64,000 nt of DNA from positions 372,001 to 436,000 of the forward strand of contig NIVC01000754.1 in NCBI GenBank assembly GCA_002269645.1. Direction: 5' to 3'. Position 1 is the first letter of the stretch, and each line of letters begins with the position of its first letter. This document shows positions 21,452 through 33,406 of the stretch, in pieces. The notes below the pieces were generated by a model. The model searched no databases. It was not told where the DNA came from and saw nothing but the letters and a program-made list of their open reading frames with translations. Both the position numbers and the translations under genes were made by a program. This DNA comes from Macrostomum lignano (Eukaryota).

Positions 21452-24400
21452 ATGGGCTCTGGTAGCTCAGTAAATTCCCAGGTAAGAAGCTTATGAAGCA
21501 CGTCTAAGTACCATTCTTTTACAATAGTCAAGATGTATTAAAGGTATAATGCTATTTGAGGATCGTTATTACAGGCATATTGCCGTTTGAGGATCGTTAG
21601 TACAGGCACAATCCCGCTTGAGGATCGTTAGTACAGGCACAATCCCGCTTGAGGATCGTTAGTACAGGTACAATGCCGCTTGATAATCGTTAGCACAGGT
21701 ACAATGCCGCTTGAGGATCGTTAGTACAGGTACAATGCCGCTTGAGGATCGTTAGCACAGGTAAAATGCCGCTTGAGGATCGTTAGCACAGGTACAATGC
21801 CGCTTGAGGATCGTTAGCACAGTTACAATGCCGCTTGAGGATCGTTAGTACAGGTACAATGCCGCTTGAGGATCGTTAGAACAGGTACAATGCCGCTTGA
21901 GGATCGTTAGTACAGGTACAATGACGCTTGAGGGTCGACTGACGAAGCTCTTTTTAGAACGTATCATTCTTTCGCTTTGAATCTTAAACTTTATTCTTAG
22001 GCAAAATCTGACACGGTTGATGAGTCAGCAGCCTTGCAGCGACTCGCTAAGCTTGTCATTCAAGGCGACTTTGGACAAGTGCGACAGCTGGCGATGCGCC
22101 GGTTAGTAAAGTCAAAAGATGGAAGTGGACGCACCGTTTTGATGCTAGTGGCTGACACTCGTGGAACTCCTTTGCAAGCTGAAAAGTGCATCTTGTACTT
22201 GTTTGAGCTCGGCGCGGATCCTAAAGCATCTGACGCAGAGGGCAACACGGCTGCTCACCTGGCAGCCCGCCGGGACCACGTGCGAGTGCTGGCGCTGCTG
22301 CCTTTCGAGGCGAAGTGGCTGCAGAACGAGCGGGGACGCACTCCGCTGATGGAGGCGGTGCTTTTTGGCAGCTGGAAATGCGCCAAGCACCTGCTGCACC
22401 TGCTGAGGCAGGAGAGGTTCATAGACGAGTACAGAGGCGTCAGTACAGCACGACAACTAGGCAGGTTTCTAAAGGCCAGCTACACTGGCGATATGAGTCG
22501 AAACCCGATGAGGCAGAAGTTTTTTGGAATGAAGGACCAAAATGGTCAGACGGCGCTGGAGCTGGCGAAATTCAAGGGCTACTCAGAGCTGGCCAGCTAT
22601 ATAGAACGGTGAGTGAGTCTGGTGTGTAATCTGCCCTGCTTTACTTTCTGGCTTTACAGAATATCATTCTCAAGAATAGCTGGTTTTGTCAATACGAGCG
22701 TATAACACGAGATTTTTTGGATTTTTTCTGCAGCGAGATGCGTCTGGATGTGGTCGCGATTGGGTTAATCAACGGTCTGACGAAGCAGGTAAGCCTCGTT
22801 CGCTGGTGCGTGTCTCTTATTTACCATGTGGCAATGCATCTACTACTTAAGGGATCGGCAAACTTTTTTACCTCAAGGAAGGGCCAGATAAAGAACCTAG
22901 CTGCGGTCTAGATGAGAGAGGAAATGAGATAATAGATGAGGGAGAAGATGGGGAGAGAGGAGAAAAGAGAGTTGAGAAGAAACCTCCTGATCTACTTAAC
23001 GTCGATTTCCTGTTAACTAATCGCTGCAGGAAGAGGCCGACAGAGAGAAGCTGGAGTGCCTGGCCCGGGAGGGCAACGTGGCGACGCTGCTGCGGCTGGT
23101 GACGCGCGCCAACTGCGATCTGCCTAGCAGAGCCGGTCACACCATGCTGATGCATCTAGTTCGGAGTGTCGAAATTGAAAACGCGTCCGTTTGGAAGCAG
23201 CTGCTGAACCTGGCTGACCCAACCTGCGCCGATATAAATGCCAACACCTGTGTGCATCACGCAGCCGAGGCAGGAAACGACTCGGCGATTGTCGCACTGC
23301 TAAATGCAGGAGCCGCCGCCAATGCCACAAAGGACAACGGCGAGACTCCCCTGATCGCGGCAGCCTCCAACACGCCCATTCGAAGAGCCTTCTTGACAGG
23401 GTGGTTCCTGTTGGCTGGAGGCGCCGATTGGAGTCTGAAAGACTCCCGTGGCTGCACTGCCTATGAAATTGCCCTCGAATATGATAAGGAGGATCTGACC
23501 GACTTACTGCAACCGTGAGTTTACATTTACCGCTCTTTATGGGCAAGTAATTTGCTCTGAAGGTGTTTCTACGAGCGTAAGTTGCCCTTGACTTCACTTG
23601 CTGATCGAAGTGACACGGGAAGATATTAATATAACAATCAAGTTCAATATAGCTCGCATGACCTGCAACATCGAAAAGTCGCCATCACAGAAGATTCCGT
23701 CTGTGATCGCTACTTTCGAAAGCGCTGGTAAAGTCTCAATCTTTGCGAGTGACGCAACTCAGCTACGCCACGGCAGACTTGAGTTGAGGAATGAAGTGGG
23801 GGGAAGCGGTGTGCGAGGGTTGGACGGATTAAAGCTACCCGAGTGGCGACGTTGCTATGTTGCTGAGTATATTTTAGGACTTTCGGATGTTTTAGTACAT
23901 TTCCCATCGAAAAAAGGTTATCAAAGAGTTGATTTTGTACTTGGCTCATATTGTCCAACTGCAAAACTGCTTGACAAATCTAACGTGCATCAGTAACAAT
24001 TACCTTTTCGCTTGCCTGTTTCAGGTACCAATCGAAAAAATTCTTTGACGAGACTCCGAATCTGCCGTAAGTGTTGATTGAGATTTGTCTTGTACTTATA
24101 GCTCGTACTAGTAATTTTAAGTATAGGCGGATTGTTTAGAACAATGCTCTCATCCTTGTAGATGGAAAACGCGGCGAGGAGCTCAGACAGACGACATCTG
24201 GGACGAAGATGAGAGCTGGCAAGTCATACTACTGCAGATTGAGAGTTGGACCAGTGAAGGACACTCTGGTTTTATAGATTTATGCGACCTATTTCTAGAT
24301 TCAGAAAGCTAAAAATTGATAAAAAGCAACAGGTTAACGAGTATAGTTAGTACTTGAATTTAATCTGATTTAATCAATTTCAGGTCGCCTGAAAGAGCGG

Positions 24401-25986
24401 AATTTCCGGAAGTTCAGCCGTCAACAGGCTCTCAAAGCGGTGCTACGACCAGACAGACGAACTGGTAAGCCACGAGGTCTCGCTTGCTTGCTTAAATGTA
24501 CTATTGGATTTTTTATTTGAGACATCGTCGAGACTATAAATAAGGTCTAAGTTAGGCTTAGTGTTCTTTTATTGGCTTAAAAAGACTGAATCTGAGGAAG
24601 TCCATAGACCCGAGGAAGGCCAATGATCTAATGAAGTCCATAGATCTGAGCTATGGAAGCCCATAGACCTGAGAGGAAGCCCATAGATCTGAGGAAGCCC
24701 ATAGACCTGAGAGGAAGCCCATAGACTATAAACTTTTAAATCTGTGAAAGCAGCTTTTCTCGTGAATAAATTATATGAACCCACGAAATTATTTTACCTT
24801 TTTATAAAAACTATTAGGTATATAAATAATAAAATATAGAAAAATATATAAGGTTGGAGAGAATTTCTCGGGTTTGGTAATATATAATTCAGTTTCAATC
24901 GCTATGCCCAATTCCAGGAGCGAAGAGGAGTTCTACCCAGTTACGAACCGCAGGGATTCTGCATCATCATCAACATTGGCAAATACGAAGAGTTAAAGCA
25001 CAAGGAGGGAGGCACAGCCATCATCGATCCAGAGATACGTGAAGGATCGGCGAAGGATGTGCAGCTAGTGAGACAAGTATTCGAGGAGCTTCGTTTCATT
25101 GTCAAAGTTCGGGAAGACCTCAAAACTCAGGAGATCGACGACTATCTCAATGACGTAAAGAGATCAGAGGAGCTCAACAAGCACGGCAGTTTTGTCTGCT
25201 TTTTAATGGCTCACGGCAGCCACGACTGCATCTACGGAGCCGATTGGGTTCCTTATCCCATCGATAGGATCGTTGATAAATTTCAGGTAATTTAAAAATG
25301 CAGATTTTTATTGACAAAAACTACGGTAATTAGTCTACCAGTCTTATTGTCGTCAATGGTAATTATTTGTATTGTACTTTTCTGAGTATCTGGGTGGTCT
25401 TAAGCGGGTTGAGGGACGCTACACAATCGCAAAAAATGTGTAATTTGTTACTCTAGGGAAAAATCTGCAAACTAATTTTCACGAATTCGCTGTTTCAGTC
25501 CTACTTCTGCCAGGCTCTGTCCAGGAAACCGAAAATCTTCTTCATTCAAGCCTGTCGCACCAACACTTTAGCCGCTGCACGCTCCACCATTCGCTCCGAC
25601 CGAGTCCCAGCCATGGGACAAGGCCAGACTCGCTCCACTCAAGAAGCTGGAGAGTCCAGCGTGACCTTCGATGCAGCCGCACTTGCTCCCCTGAGAAACC
25701 GAGACTTATGTCCGGCCGAAGGCGACTTTCTGCGCTGTTTCGCCAGCACACCGGGCTCCGTCGCCATAAGAGACACCCACAGGGGCTCGCCATTTGTGCA
25801 GATTCTTTGCCGCTTCATGCAGCAGCACTACAAGGTGCACGACGTGTCGCACATCATGACAAAGTAAACAACTTTCTGCAGAAGAATTCTGTTGAGACCG
25901 GCGATGGCAAGTTGCAGTCTATTGTGACGCAGAAGGTGGACCAGCTGGCACGCCGGGTCAGCTTTGATCCCAGCAGGGCCAGCTAG
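21452..25986 (+). CDS. Ankyrin-repeat caspase (putative fusion, ~870 aa), N-terminal myristoylation motif
   Basis: Phase-consistent exons 21452-21481 (MGSGSSVNSQ), 22001-22608, 22734-22788, 23030-23514, 23563-23576, 23611-23992, 24025-24066, 24162-24218 (GC donor), 24384-24464, 24918-25286, 25499-25986. Eight TPLH-like ankyrin motifs; caspase p20 with FLMAHG and QACRT; p10 with PAEGDFL...STPGSVAIRD...GSPFVQ. Restoring 1 nt at ~24949 and 1 nt at ~25863 gives 2613 nt (871 codons). Confidence 0.72.
21550..21932. repeat. 31-bp intronic minisatellite (gaggatcgttagtacaggtacaatgccgctt)
   Basis: About 12 units in intron 1 of the ankyrin-caspase gene. Confidence 0.92.
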
Positions 25987-27574
25987 GCCTCTCAAAGCCG
26001 GGTGACGTCTCAGTGAAGATTTTTTCTGAAGGAACTTGTTGTCAAATTGTTGTTAAAATGTACTCTTTATTCAGAATTTGACAGACCGTGATGATACGAA
26101 GTACGTTTTTCACCGGTCTCCTGCCCTTTAGGCCTATTTAATCTCGTCTTTTACGTCGTACTTTTTCGGTAGATTGATTTAAACAGTGTTTATTTGTTAA
26201 ATTTTTTGTTTGTATTCTTGAAATCTCAAAAACTGATTGCTGTTTTTTCGTTCTTGTTTTAGATGTGAAATCGAGCATCTTAAGATTCTGTGAACTGTGC
26301 TTTTGTGCTTAAAAGAATATTTATTTGTAACTACGCAATAATATATCTGCTTATTTCAAAATATTTATCAATTTTGCCCCCACCCTTGTGTTGTCGCTAA
26401 GGAAAAAATTGTGTCGCTAAAAGTGCATAAAAATGACGATGCTGTAAATATTTGAAACCGTTTTTTATTTATCCTAAATCCTTAGATATAGATTAATGCC
26501 TTAATTCATAGTCTTTCGTGTAGTAGCAAGCCGTGTGTGCGATGAAATGCAAGCTGCTAGACAATGAATGGAGCGGCTTCTCCCTCAGATCTGATGTGCC
26601 GAAAAGGTGCTTGGCATATTTTTACAACCCTGGGTCGCGCCTGGCCCAACCAACAAAAGGCTTGCACAACAATGGGCATAGAGTGAGTTCAATAGCGGCT
26701 TTAACTGCAAGCGGTTACCATAGTAACTGTACAGGAAATTGTCCAGGCCTCTCGGGCGCTGCTATGCTGATGTTCAATATTAAATTATAACAGTACTGTA
26801 CAGTTTAACTGCCACACACTTCCGTCTCCTCTCCCTGTACTGTACACACCGCTTTATCGATCGTCCCAAACCCCTTCTTGACTCCTAATTCCAGCCACCC
26901 CTGTCCCTTTATCTCTAAATAGGATGTCATTGGTTACGCTCAGGACAGGCTTCTTGCTCCAATACCTGGCTGCTCCTGCATTCTCGTTAATTTCACCCAG
27001 TAACAATAACAATAAAAAATAGTTCTGCCCGCGACTCTATAGACCATAGCGCTCACGTGATTTAAATTTTTTTTGTGCTTTAAAAGTACGTATAGAGTGA
27101 AACCATCTGCAACTATTACTGTTGTTAGTAGGCATTTGTGATTCGTTAGTGGCTTTAGCACAAGGGGGCTTTAGCATTAATGGCTTTAGCACTAGGAGCT
27201 TTAGCACCAAGGGGCTTTAGCACCAGGGGTTTAGCACCAGGGGTTTAGCACCAGGGGGCTTTAGCACCAGGGCTCCAGCTCAGTTCTAAGATAATCGATT
27301 GTTATCGTCACTTCATTTCAGAATTTCGAACCACTTGAGGTACTAAATTCACTAATAAATCGAAATTCTGGTCACTAAATATATCAAGCAGTTGGTCGGA
27401 CCCGCAAAACTCATCCTTACTATACACCAGAATTTAGAAATACCCGAATAGAGATTCCCTTTTCCATTTAAAGAAGTATTGTAGTATGAATGGAAAATAA
27501 TAGCAATTCCTTAATATTTCAGCCAATTACTTTCTCACTGAAATTGACGGACAATAATAGAACGAAGACCTCAA

Positions 27575-27780
27575 AAGAGGAGACAGGAGAGCAGATGAGA
27601 TGAGAGAGGAGAGGAGAGGAGATGAAAGGAAAGGAGAGCAGAGGAGGGGGGAGAGGAGAAGAGGAGAGGACAGGAGAGGTGAGAAGATGAGAGGAGAGCA
27701 GAGGAGAGGAGAGAGGAGGAGAGGAGAGAAGAGAGGAGAGAAGGAAAGGAGAGGAGAGAAGGGAAGAGGGAAGAGGAGAT
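27575..27780. repeat. GA-rich simple repeat
   Basis: (gagag/gagga)n run. Confidence 0.9.
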
Positions 27781-27785
27781 TCGAC

Positions 27786-27969
27786 TAGGGAGCTGCAAAG
27801 AGACACAAACCTCGTGCGGGCCGGATTGCAATGCTAATGCGAAGTTTTAAAGGACCAGAGAGCCAGACAAGGACTACTTAACAACAACAATGTTAAGTAG
27901 TACTTGGAGCCGGATAGATAGCCTTCGCGGGCCGCATGTGGGCCGCGGGCCAATGTTTGCTGTCCCCTA
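27786..27969. mobile_element. Probable hAT (Charlie-like) MITE remnant
   Basis: Imperfect terminal inverted repeats TAGGGAGCTGCAAA / TTTGCTGTCCCCTA and the subterminal motif gcgggccgcatgtgggccgcgggcc typical of Charlie-type hAT ends. No target-site duplication seen. Confidence 0.4.
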
Positions 27970-28255
27970 CCTTAAAAGACAAATAAAAGTGCATTGATGA
28001 CGCATTGCAAAATTGTACAGTATTATTCTCTATCTCCTACTTACGTCAGTAGCAAAAAGCTATTGCACGGAAAAAGAAATGACAAGTAATGTACGAGTAC
28101 TTCTAGAATAGAGTAAGAGATGGTAGGATAAAGTAACCCCCATTCTCATGGCAACCTGCACAAGCCTACAAAAGCAGTCACTGGGGCAGGTGCGCTAGTG
28201 GAGCGGATTCTGCTTTTTGTGCAAGCCAGCTCAGCTAAGAGATTTGACAAGTCCA

Positions 28256-29914
28256 ATGTCTTCTAAAAGAGCCACTGGTGTTGCAAGTCTCAATTTGGAA
28301 GTGAAAGAAATGTCTTCTAAAAGAGCCACTGGTGTTGCAAGTCACAATTTGGAAGTGGAAGCAAAGCTTAGCGGCACTACACGGTCCACTAGCCAATCTT
28401 CTAGTAATTATTCGACCCGAAGAACAAGAACACAGGTTGACGATGTGGATGAGCTATCAAATTACGAGAAACAGGAAAATTAGTATGTTTTTTACACAAA
28501 TTTTGAAGAAGTCTCGTATTTTTCGTCTTTAAAAAGTTAATAAAATTTGGCCAATATTGTTTGAGCAGCCGGAGTACGTCGTACGCAAAACCTCGGGAGA
28601 CGGACATTAACAATCCTGGGAGTTACGAGAGTCCAGACCTGTATCCACAAGGTGCCACCGGAGTCTCTCGAAAAAGTGGAGGACCGTCAATATGGTAATC
28701 TCAGAAGCTTCTCTCTGAAACTCTCTGAGTGTTCACTGAATGATTTCTTTCGTACTCGTATTTTAGGCTAGACGAGGACTACTACAAAGTGACCAATCCT
28801 CAAGGATTCTGCATCATTGTCAACATCAACAAGTACACGGCTACTAGCGATATCACAGTCAGCCACGAGGAGCGCGAAGGTTTCCAGCGGGATGTAGATC
28901 GAGTGACCGAACTCTTTGGGAAGCTCCAATTCCGCGTCAAAAAGCAGGAGGACCTCACTGCCGAGGAGATCGACGACTTTCTCAGCGAGGTGAAGCGATC
29001 GAAAGAGCTGGCCAGACACGGCAGCTTTGTTTGCTTTTTTATGGCTCACGGCAGCCACGACTGCATATACGGCAGCGACGGCGTCCCGTATGAGATCCGT
29101 AAACTTACCGAGAGGTTTCAGGTTAGCATTGAACATTCTGTCTGAACTCCTTGTTATTAGCAATTGGAAGAATGATCTTGCCCGACATTTGAGCACGCAG
29201 CCAAACCCAGAATTCCACACAGCTGGTGCACATATGCATCGTCTCTTTCATCGACGGACCTCTCGGCTGATGACGGTACATGTACAGTGTTCTACATACT
29301 CTAGCACAATGGTGGCATGAGTCAAAGAAACTTCCACTTGCTGAGATGCCGTTAAATTTACTTTTGCTCTGGTCTGCTTTTTTAAAAACATATTTTGTTC
29401 AAGCAATCTTAGCCTATGCTCAACCATACCTTCTCAGGCCTCCGTCTGCAAAAGTCTGGCTGGGAAGCCAAAGATTTTCTTCATCCAGGCCTGCCGCGGC
29501 AACAGAATCGGTAGTCGGAGCTCAAGAATGAAAACTGACAAGCTTTCTGCGCCAGCCTGCCGAAATGCTGCATCGGCAGTCGAATACTCCACTATGAGAA
29601 CTGATGAGCCGCCAGCCCCAGTGCTCGACCCGGCCATCCACCCCGCTGAAGGAGACTTCCTGCTCTGCTTCGCCAACACCCCGGGCTCAGTGGCGTTCCG
29701 AGACACCGCCGAAGGCTCCGTATTTGTGCAGACTCTGTGCAGTTATATTGAAACAGATTTCAAGCGGCACGATCTCGGCTACATCATGACCAAGGTGAAC
29801 CGGCACCTGCAGAAGGAGCCAGTCCAGATCGATAACAAACTGTACCACGTCGTACCGCAGAAGGTTGACCAGCTCGCTTATAAAGTCAGTCTCGATCCCA
29901 GGAGGGCTCTTTAG
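28256..29914 (+). CDS. Caspase (paralog of the upstream ankyrin-caspase) with Ser/Thr-rich prodomain
   Basis: Exons 28256(start uncertain)-28482, 28569-28694, 28767-29121, 29438-29914, all in phase. FFMAHG, KPKIFFIQACRG and PAEGDFLL...GSVAFRD...GSVFVQ motifs are intact. It shares intron positions (TG|G before p20; FQ| within p20) with the upstream caspase. Confidence 0.9.
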
Positions 29915-30078
29915 AAACTGAGACTGCAGCTTAAATGATAGCAAAAATTTGACAAAAGCAAAATAAACTTTTTTTGCTTGATCAAAACTTTTTTATCCGT
30001 TTGTAACCTTCTGTAACCAGCATATTGATACATATCTGCGAGTATATTCAATTTATGAACAAGTTAAGTTTAACCCAA

Positions 30079-30370
30079 GGGGGTTGCAGCCTTTGTGGTT
30101 AGAGCGTCTGACACACGACTGAAAGGTCGGGGGTTCGATTCTCGACCCATTCGCGACAATTTTTGTCCTTGAGCAGGACGCTTAACTCTACATTGCTTCA
30201 GTTCACCCAGCTGTAGAATGGCTGCCAGCATTAGCTGGGGTAATTGACTGTGGCGACCCCCCCCCCCCCAGTGCTTGGACTGAACAGCCGTACGCAGCCT
30301 TCAGATGCACCGCGCAATAGCTGTCGGTTGCTCATCCGCCCATTTGGGCAAATGTAATTAAATAATGTTT
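30079..30370 (+). mobile_element. tRNA-derived SINE copy 2
   Basis: GTGGTTAGAGCGTCTGACACACGACTGAAAGGTCGGGGGTTCGATTCTCGACC plus central domain TGTCCTTGAGCAGGACGCTTAACTC...CAGTTCACCCAGCTGTAGAATGG and an AT-rich tail; homologous to 10550-10846. Confidence 0.78.
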
Positions 30371-31064
30371 TAATTTTAATTTTAACAATTATAATTAAAC
30401 CTCTTTAGCCTCTATAAAACTCGAAAAAATGCCTCGTATTCCCTGGTTTTAAATTTTGCAACGCACCGTACAATGTATACAATATTTTTGCCTCTAATAT
30501 AAATGTATTATCGATACCAAATCCGCGAATTTACTGATGGAACGGCAAATTTTGTTTGGGATTTGTTCCCTAATTCTGTTTTCAATCTTATCAAGCGCTG
30601 AGGCAAGATCTACCGCTATTATACAGCGTTGAGTAAATTAAACCTGACAGAGATGTATTCCTTGATCCCATTCCTTGGCTACAACCCACACCCACACTTA
30701 GGGGTTCTCGGGTTCGCTAACGCTTTCGAACTCAAATTCCATCCTGCATCAGAAAGCCCTGGTGTGCTCACAATCAGAATCCAATATAGCTCTGACAGCA
30801 ATATTGATGGAGATGATGGATATTGGGATAACAATGGCTCTATTGCCTAGTTAAGAATTTACAACATCAACTGCAGGCTGCCTAACTAAGGCTATCGTAT
30901 GAGTGCACACCAGCCACTAGGGTAAACCGAACCATGCTCTGCATTCAAAGTACATTAAATCCAGTTGCGTACACAGCAACTTTAACTGGAGGAGTGGCAA
31001 CATTAATGGGGGTACCAATATTTGGTTTCTTAGTTCGCGCATCTATCTCGTACTTGTAGTTTGG

Positions 31065-31885
31065 TGCCCCTGTCTCTTGGTGTGGGTGCACTGTCTCTTG
31101 GTGTGGGTGCACTGTCTCTTGGTGGGTGTCCCTGTCTCTTGGTGTGGGTGTCCCTGTCTCTTGGTGTGGGTGCACTGTCTCTTGGTGGGTGTCCCTGTCT
31201 CTTGGTGTGGGTGCCCTGTCTCTTGGTGTGGGTGCACTGTCTCTTGGTGTGGGTGCCCTGTCTCTTGGTGTGGGTGCCCTGTCTCTTGGTGTGGGTGCCC
31301 TGTCTCTTGGTGGGTGTCCCTGTCTCTTAGTGGGTGTCCCTGTCTCTTGGTGAGTGTCCCTGTCTCTTGGTGTGGGTGCCCTGTCTCTTGGTGGGTGCCC
31401 CTGTCTCTTGGTGTGGGTGCCCTGTCTCTTGGTGTGGGTGCCCTGTCTCTTGGTGTGGGTGCACTGTCTCTTGGTGTGGGTGCCCTGTCTCTTGGTGTGG
31501 GTGCCCTGTCTCTTGGTGTGGGTGCACTGTCTCTTGGTGTGGGTGCCCTGTCTCTTGGTGTGGGTGCCCTGTCTCTTGGTGTGGGTGCCCTGTCTCTTGG
31601 TGGGTGTCCCTGTCTCTTAGTGGGTGTCCCTGTCTCTTGGTGAGTGTCCCTGTCTCTTGGTGGGTGTCCCTGTCTCTTGGTGGGTGTCCCTGTCTTCTGG
31701 TGTGGGTGCACTGTCTCTTGGTGGGTGTCCCTGTCTCTTGGTGGGTGCCCCTATCTCTTGGTGGGTGCCCCTATCTCTTGGTGGGTGCCCCTATCTTTTG
31801 GTGGGCGCCCCTTTCTTTTGGTGGGCGCCCCTGTGTTTTGGTGGGTGCCCCTGTCTCTTGGTGGGTGCCCCTATCTCTTGGTGAA
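31065..31885. repeat. ~19-21-bp minisatellite (ccctgtctcttggtgtgggtg)
   Basis: About 40 units, intergenic. Confidence 0.95.
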
Positions 31886-32249
31886 GCCACGGCTAATGCG
31901 CAAGAAAGTTGATAGGTTTACAGTAATTTAACAACCCTTTATGTTCTACTGTCGCTAGTAGCATTGCTTGATTTATAACTCTGTAGTTTTGCAAAAACTA
32001 TATAGTTAGAAGTTGTTGACATGTATTAAAATATCGCTCGCGTTTAAACAAACAATAGAGCTTAAAGCGATGAATACATACTTCAACTGCAGAAAAATTG
32101 ACTCATTCAAGAAGTTTACTAACTGAAAAACTTTACCAAGACGGTTGAAAAAAAATGAACTTCATACAAAAGTGCGTTTTCTTTCAATCAATCATCTACA
32201 CTGCATTTCGAGCTCCGATCCTCCATTTTCTCCATGTTCCTTCCAGACA

Positions 32250-32578
32250 CTCTCCCTATCTATCTCCCCCTCCCGCCTCTCTATCTCTTCCTCCCCGCCT
32301 CTCTATCTCCCCCTCCCGCCTCTCTATCTCTTCCTCCCCGCCTCTCTATCTCTCCCTTCCCGCCTCTCTATCTCTCCCTCCCCGCCTCTCTATCTCTCCC
32401 TCCCCGCTTCTCTATCTCTCCCTCCCCGCTTCTCTATCTCTCCCTTCCCGCCTCTCTATCTCTCCCTTCCCGCCTCTCTATCTCTCCCTCCCCGCCTCTC
32501 TATCTCTCCCTTCCCGCCTCTCTATCTCTCCCTCCCCGCCTCTCTATCTCTCCCTTCCCGCCTCTCTATCTCTCCTAG
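32250..32578. repeat. CT-rich ~22-bp minisatellite
   Basis: (ccctcccgcctctctatctct)n-like. Confidence 0.9.
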
Positions 32579-33406
32579 GTCTCTTTAGTTTCGGTTAAGG
32601 GTTAATATTTAGAAGTTTTTAAAAGATACGCTCGTAGTATTATAACAATGTAAAATTTCGAGTTTATTAAAAATCGCTCCCTACTTGTGGATAGAGAAAT
32701 TTTATTTGACTGCTTTTGTTTTGATTTTTTCAATTCAACATTTTTTAAGTTAGGTTAAGCAGTAACGTCAGTAATCCAAAATAATATCTTAAACGAGCAA
32801 AATCGTGTTTGTCCGAGAATGCGGGTTTTCTTGAGAATTTACACACTTCGGGGGGCCGTCATATGGGGGCGCGGGTCTGAATGTACAGTCTATATCGTCT
32901 CTATAACCCCTCCCCACTGGGTCGGGTCCGTTAGCCCGCCTCCCCCTGGCACAGCGTACACTCGCGCACAAGCTGTCTCAGTGTACATTGGAGAGAAGAA
33001 AGAGAGAGAGAGAGTTTTTATTACTGAACTTCCAAACCCAGAGGGCTGGGTGACCCCCTTTTCCAACTATTTATTAGTCGTTTTCAAGCGCAGCGTTCCT
33101 CCAGGCAATTACTATTTAGTTCCCACTTCCCGATATTAAGCCCCTGCAGCTCACGCAGGTAAATGACGCTTAGATTACGAAGATAAGAAAGGAGACAAAG
33201 TCAAAGAAGAGCAGAAGATCACAGCGCGCAGAGCAGGAGACGCAACAGCTGTTCTGTTGCCTTTGCCTTGCTGCGTAAGCTTTTGTGGTTAAAATGATTT
33301 GCAATGCGAGTATTGCAGCTATTGCTTGTTCTGACTGCGGCTCAACACGCATAGTTCTGTCATTTTACAATCAGAAATCGTTCATCCAGCCCATAGCAGC
33401 AAAGTT

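Noticed and set aside
24918-25986. Caspase A as a pseudogene
   Set aside because: Catalytic and S1 residues and all splice sites are preserved; the two lesions match the window-wide homopolymer-deletion pattern. Not excluded without reads.
26533-26790. 85-aa ORF as an upstream exon of caspase B
   Set aside because: No convincing splice donor or recognisable motif.
30629-30850. 73-aa isolated ORF
   Set aside because: No motif, no splice context, AT-rich surroundings.
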